From positions 4,155 through 68,154 of the forward strand of contig JBAZSG010000006.1 in NCBI GenBank assembly GCA_041662585.1: 64,000 bases of DNA, given 5' to 3'. The position numbers and the translations under genes were made by a program. The notes under the pieces were generated by a model. It was given only the letters and a program-made list of their open reading frames with translations, did no database searches and was not told the DNA's origin. The DNA is from Patescibacteria group bacterium (GTDB lineage Bacteria; Patescibacteriota; Patescibacteriia; UBA1558; GWA2-36-10). Shown piece by piece: positions 63,910-64,000 of this stretch. Numbering within the stretch: the stretch's first letter is position 1; every line of letters starts with the position of its first letter.

Positions 63910-64000
63910 ATGAAAAAACTACTTATTATCTTATTTTTACCTATTTTTATTAGTGGTTGTTTTAATGGCTCTGGCGTGGGTAAAACTGAAAAATTTTCTA
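63910..64000 (+). CDS. putative lipoprotein, 5' part only (runs off window)
   Basis: MKKLLIILFLPIFISGCFNGSG...: signal peptide with lipobox-like FISGC. Confidence 0.5.
   Translation, partial: MKKLLIILFLPIFISGCFNGSGVGKTEKFS

Noticed and set aside
1-64000. CRISPR array
   Set aside because: No series of three or more regularly spaced 24-48-bp direct repeats with unique spacers. The only repeats are a contiguous 3x21-bp tandem inside a CDS and two 61-bp direct repeats ~920 bp apart.

Overview
This 64-kb window is visibly AT-rich (estimated by eye, not computed), densely coded, and almost entirely on the + strand. It uses the standard code with TGA as a stop, for example the ATGA overlap at 2594-2597. 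The gene content (a type IV pilus without a secretin, many small genes, AT richness) fits a monoderm Patescibacteria/CPR-like bacterium; this is inference.

Layout, left to right:
- Housekeeping: map (5' partial), ruvX, a GT4 MraY/WecA-family transferase, a DUF192 protein.
- An envelope-stress-like module: a PDZ/HtrA-like pseudo-protease, an ECF sigma factor and a DUF5667 anti-sigma-like protein.
- A ~430-bp GC-rich structured intergenic region upstream of a 1255-aa Thr/Ser/Ala/Gly-rich secreted, S-layer-like protein with distinct codon usage.
- An operon of one TPR protein and two tandem Wzy_C (O-antigen-ligase-like)-TPR fusion proteins.
- A ~22-kb glycan-assembly island bounded by inverted copies of the same terminator hairpin, containing:
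  - 5 GT1, 1 GT2, the priming polyprenyl-phosphate sugar transferase, a Wzx-like flippase;
  - a UDP-sugar 6-dehydrogenase and an NAD-epimerase;
  - 2 AsnB-like amidotransferases, 6 SAM methyltransferases, a hexapeptide acetyltransferase and a kinase-fold protein.
- A minimal chemosensory set (MCP, CheW, CheA, CheY-like) directly upstream of a type IV pilus locus: PilB, PilC, four prepilin-like proteins carrying FISUMP, LamG and Cys-rich repeat domains, a PilM-PilN fusion and the major pilin.
- A MacAB-like efflux set: membrane-fusion protein, ABC ATPase and two FtsX permeases.
- A CIRCE-hrcA(short)-grpE-hsp20-Zn-ribbon-dnaK-dnaJ heat-shock operon.
- tRNA-Thr, rpmG (missed by the ORF track), tRNA-Trp, and a degenerate tRNA-Trp copy whose anticodon position is replaced by a perfect GC palindrome.
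- A ~0.9-kb segment flanked by 61-bp direct repeats, carrying a tRNA-binding-domain protein and a GC-rich small ORF, then a 5' partial lipoprotein gene.

The most interesting hypothesis is a protein O-glycosylation system: the S-layer-like protein and/or the pilins as acceptors, the Wzy_C-TPR proteins as candidate O-oligosaccharyltransferases, and the island as the glycan factory. No CRISPR array, rRNA or obvious transposase was seen.
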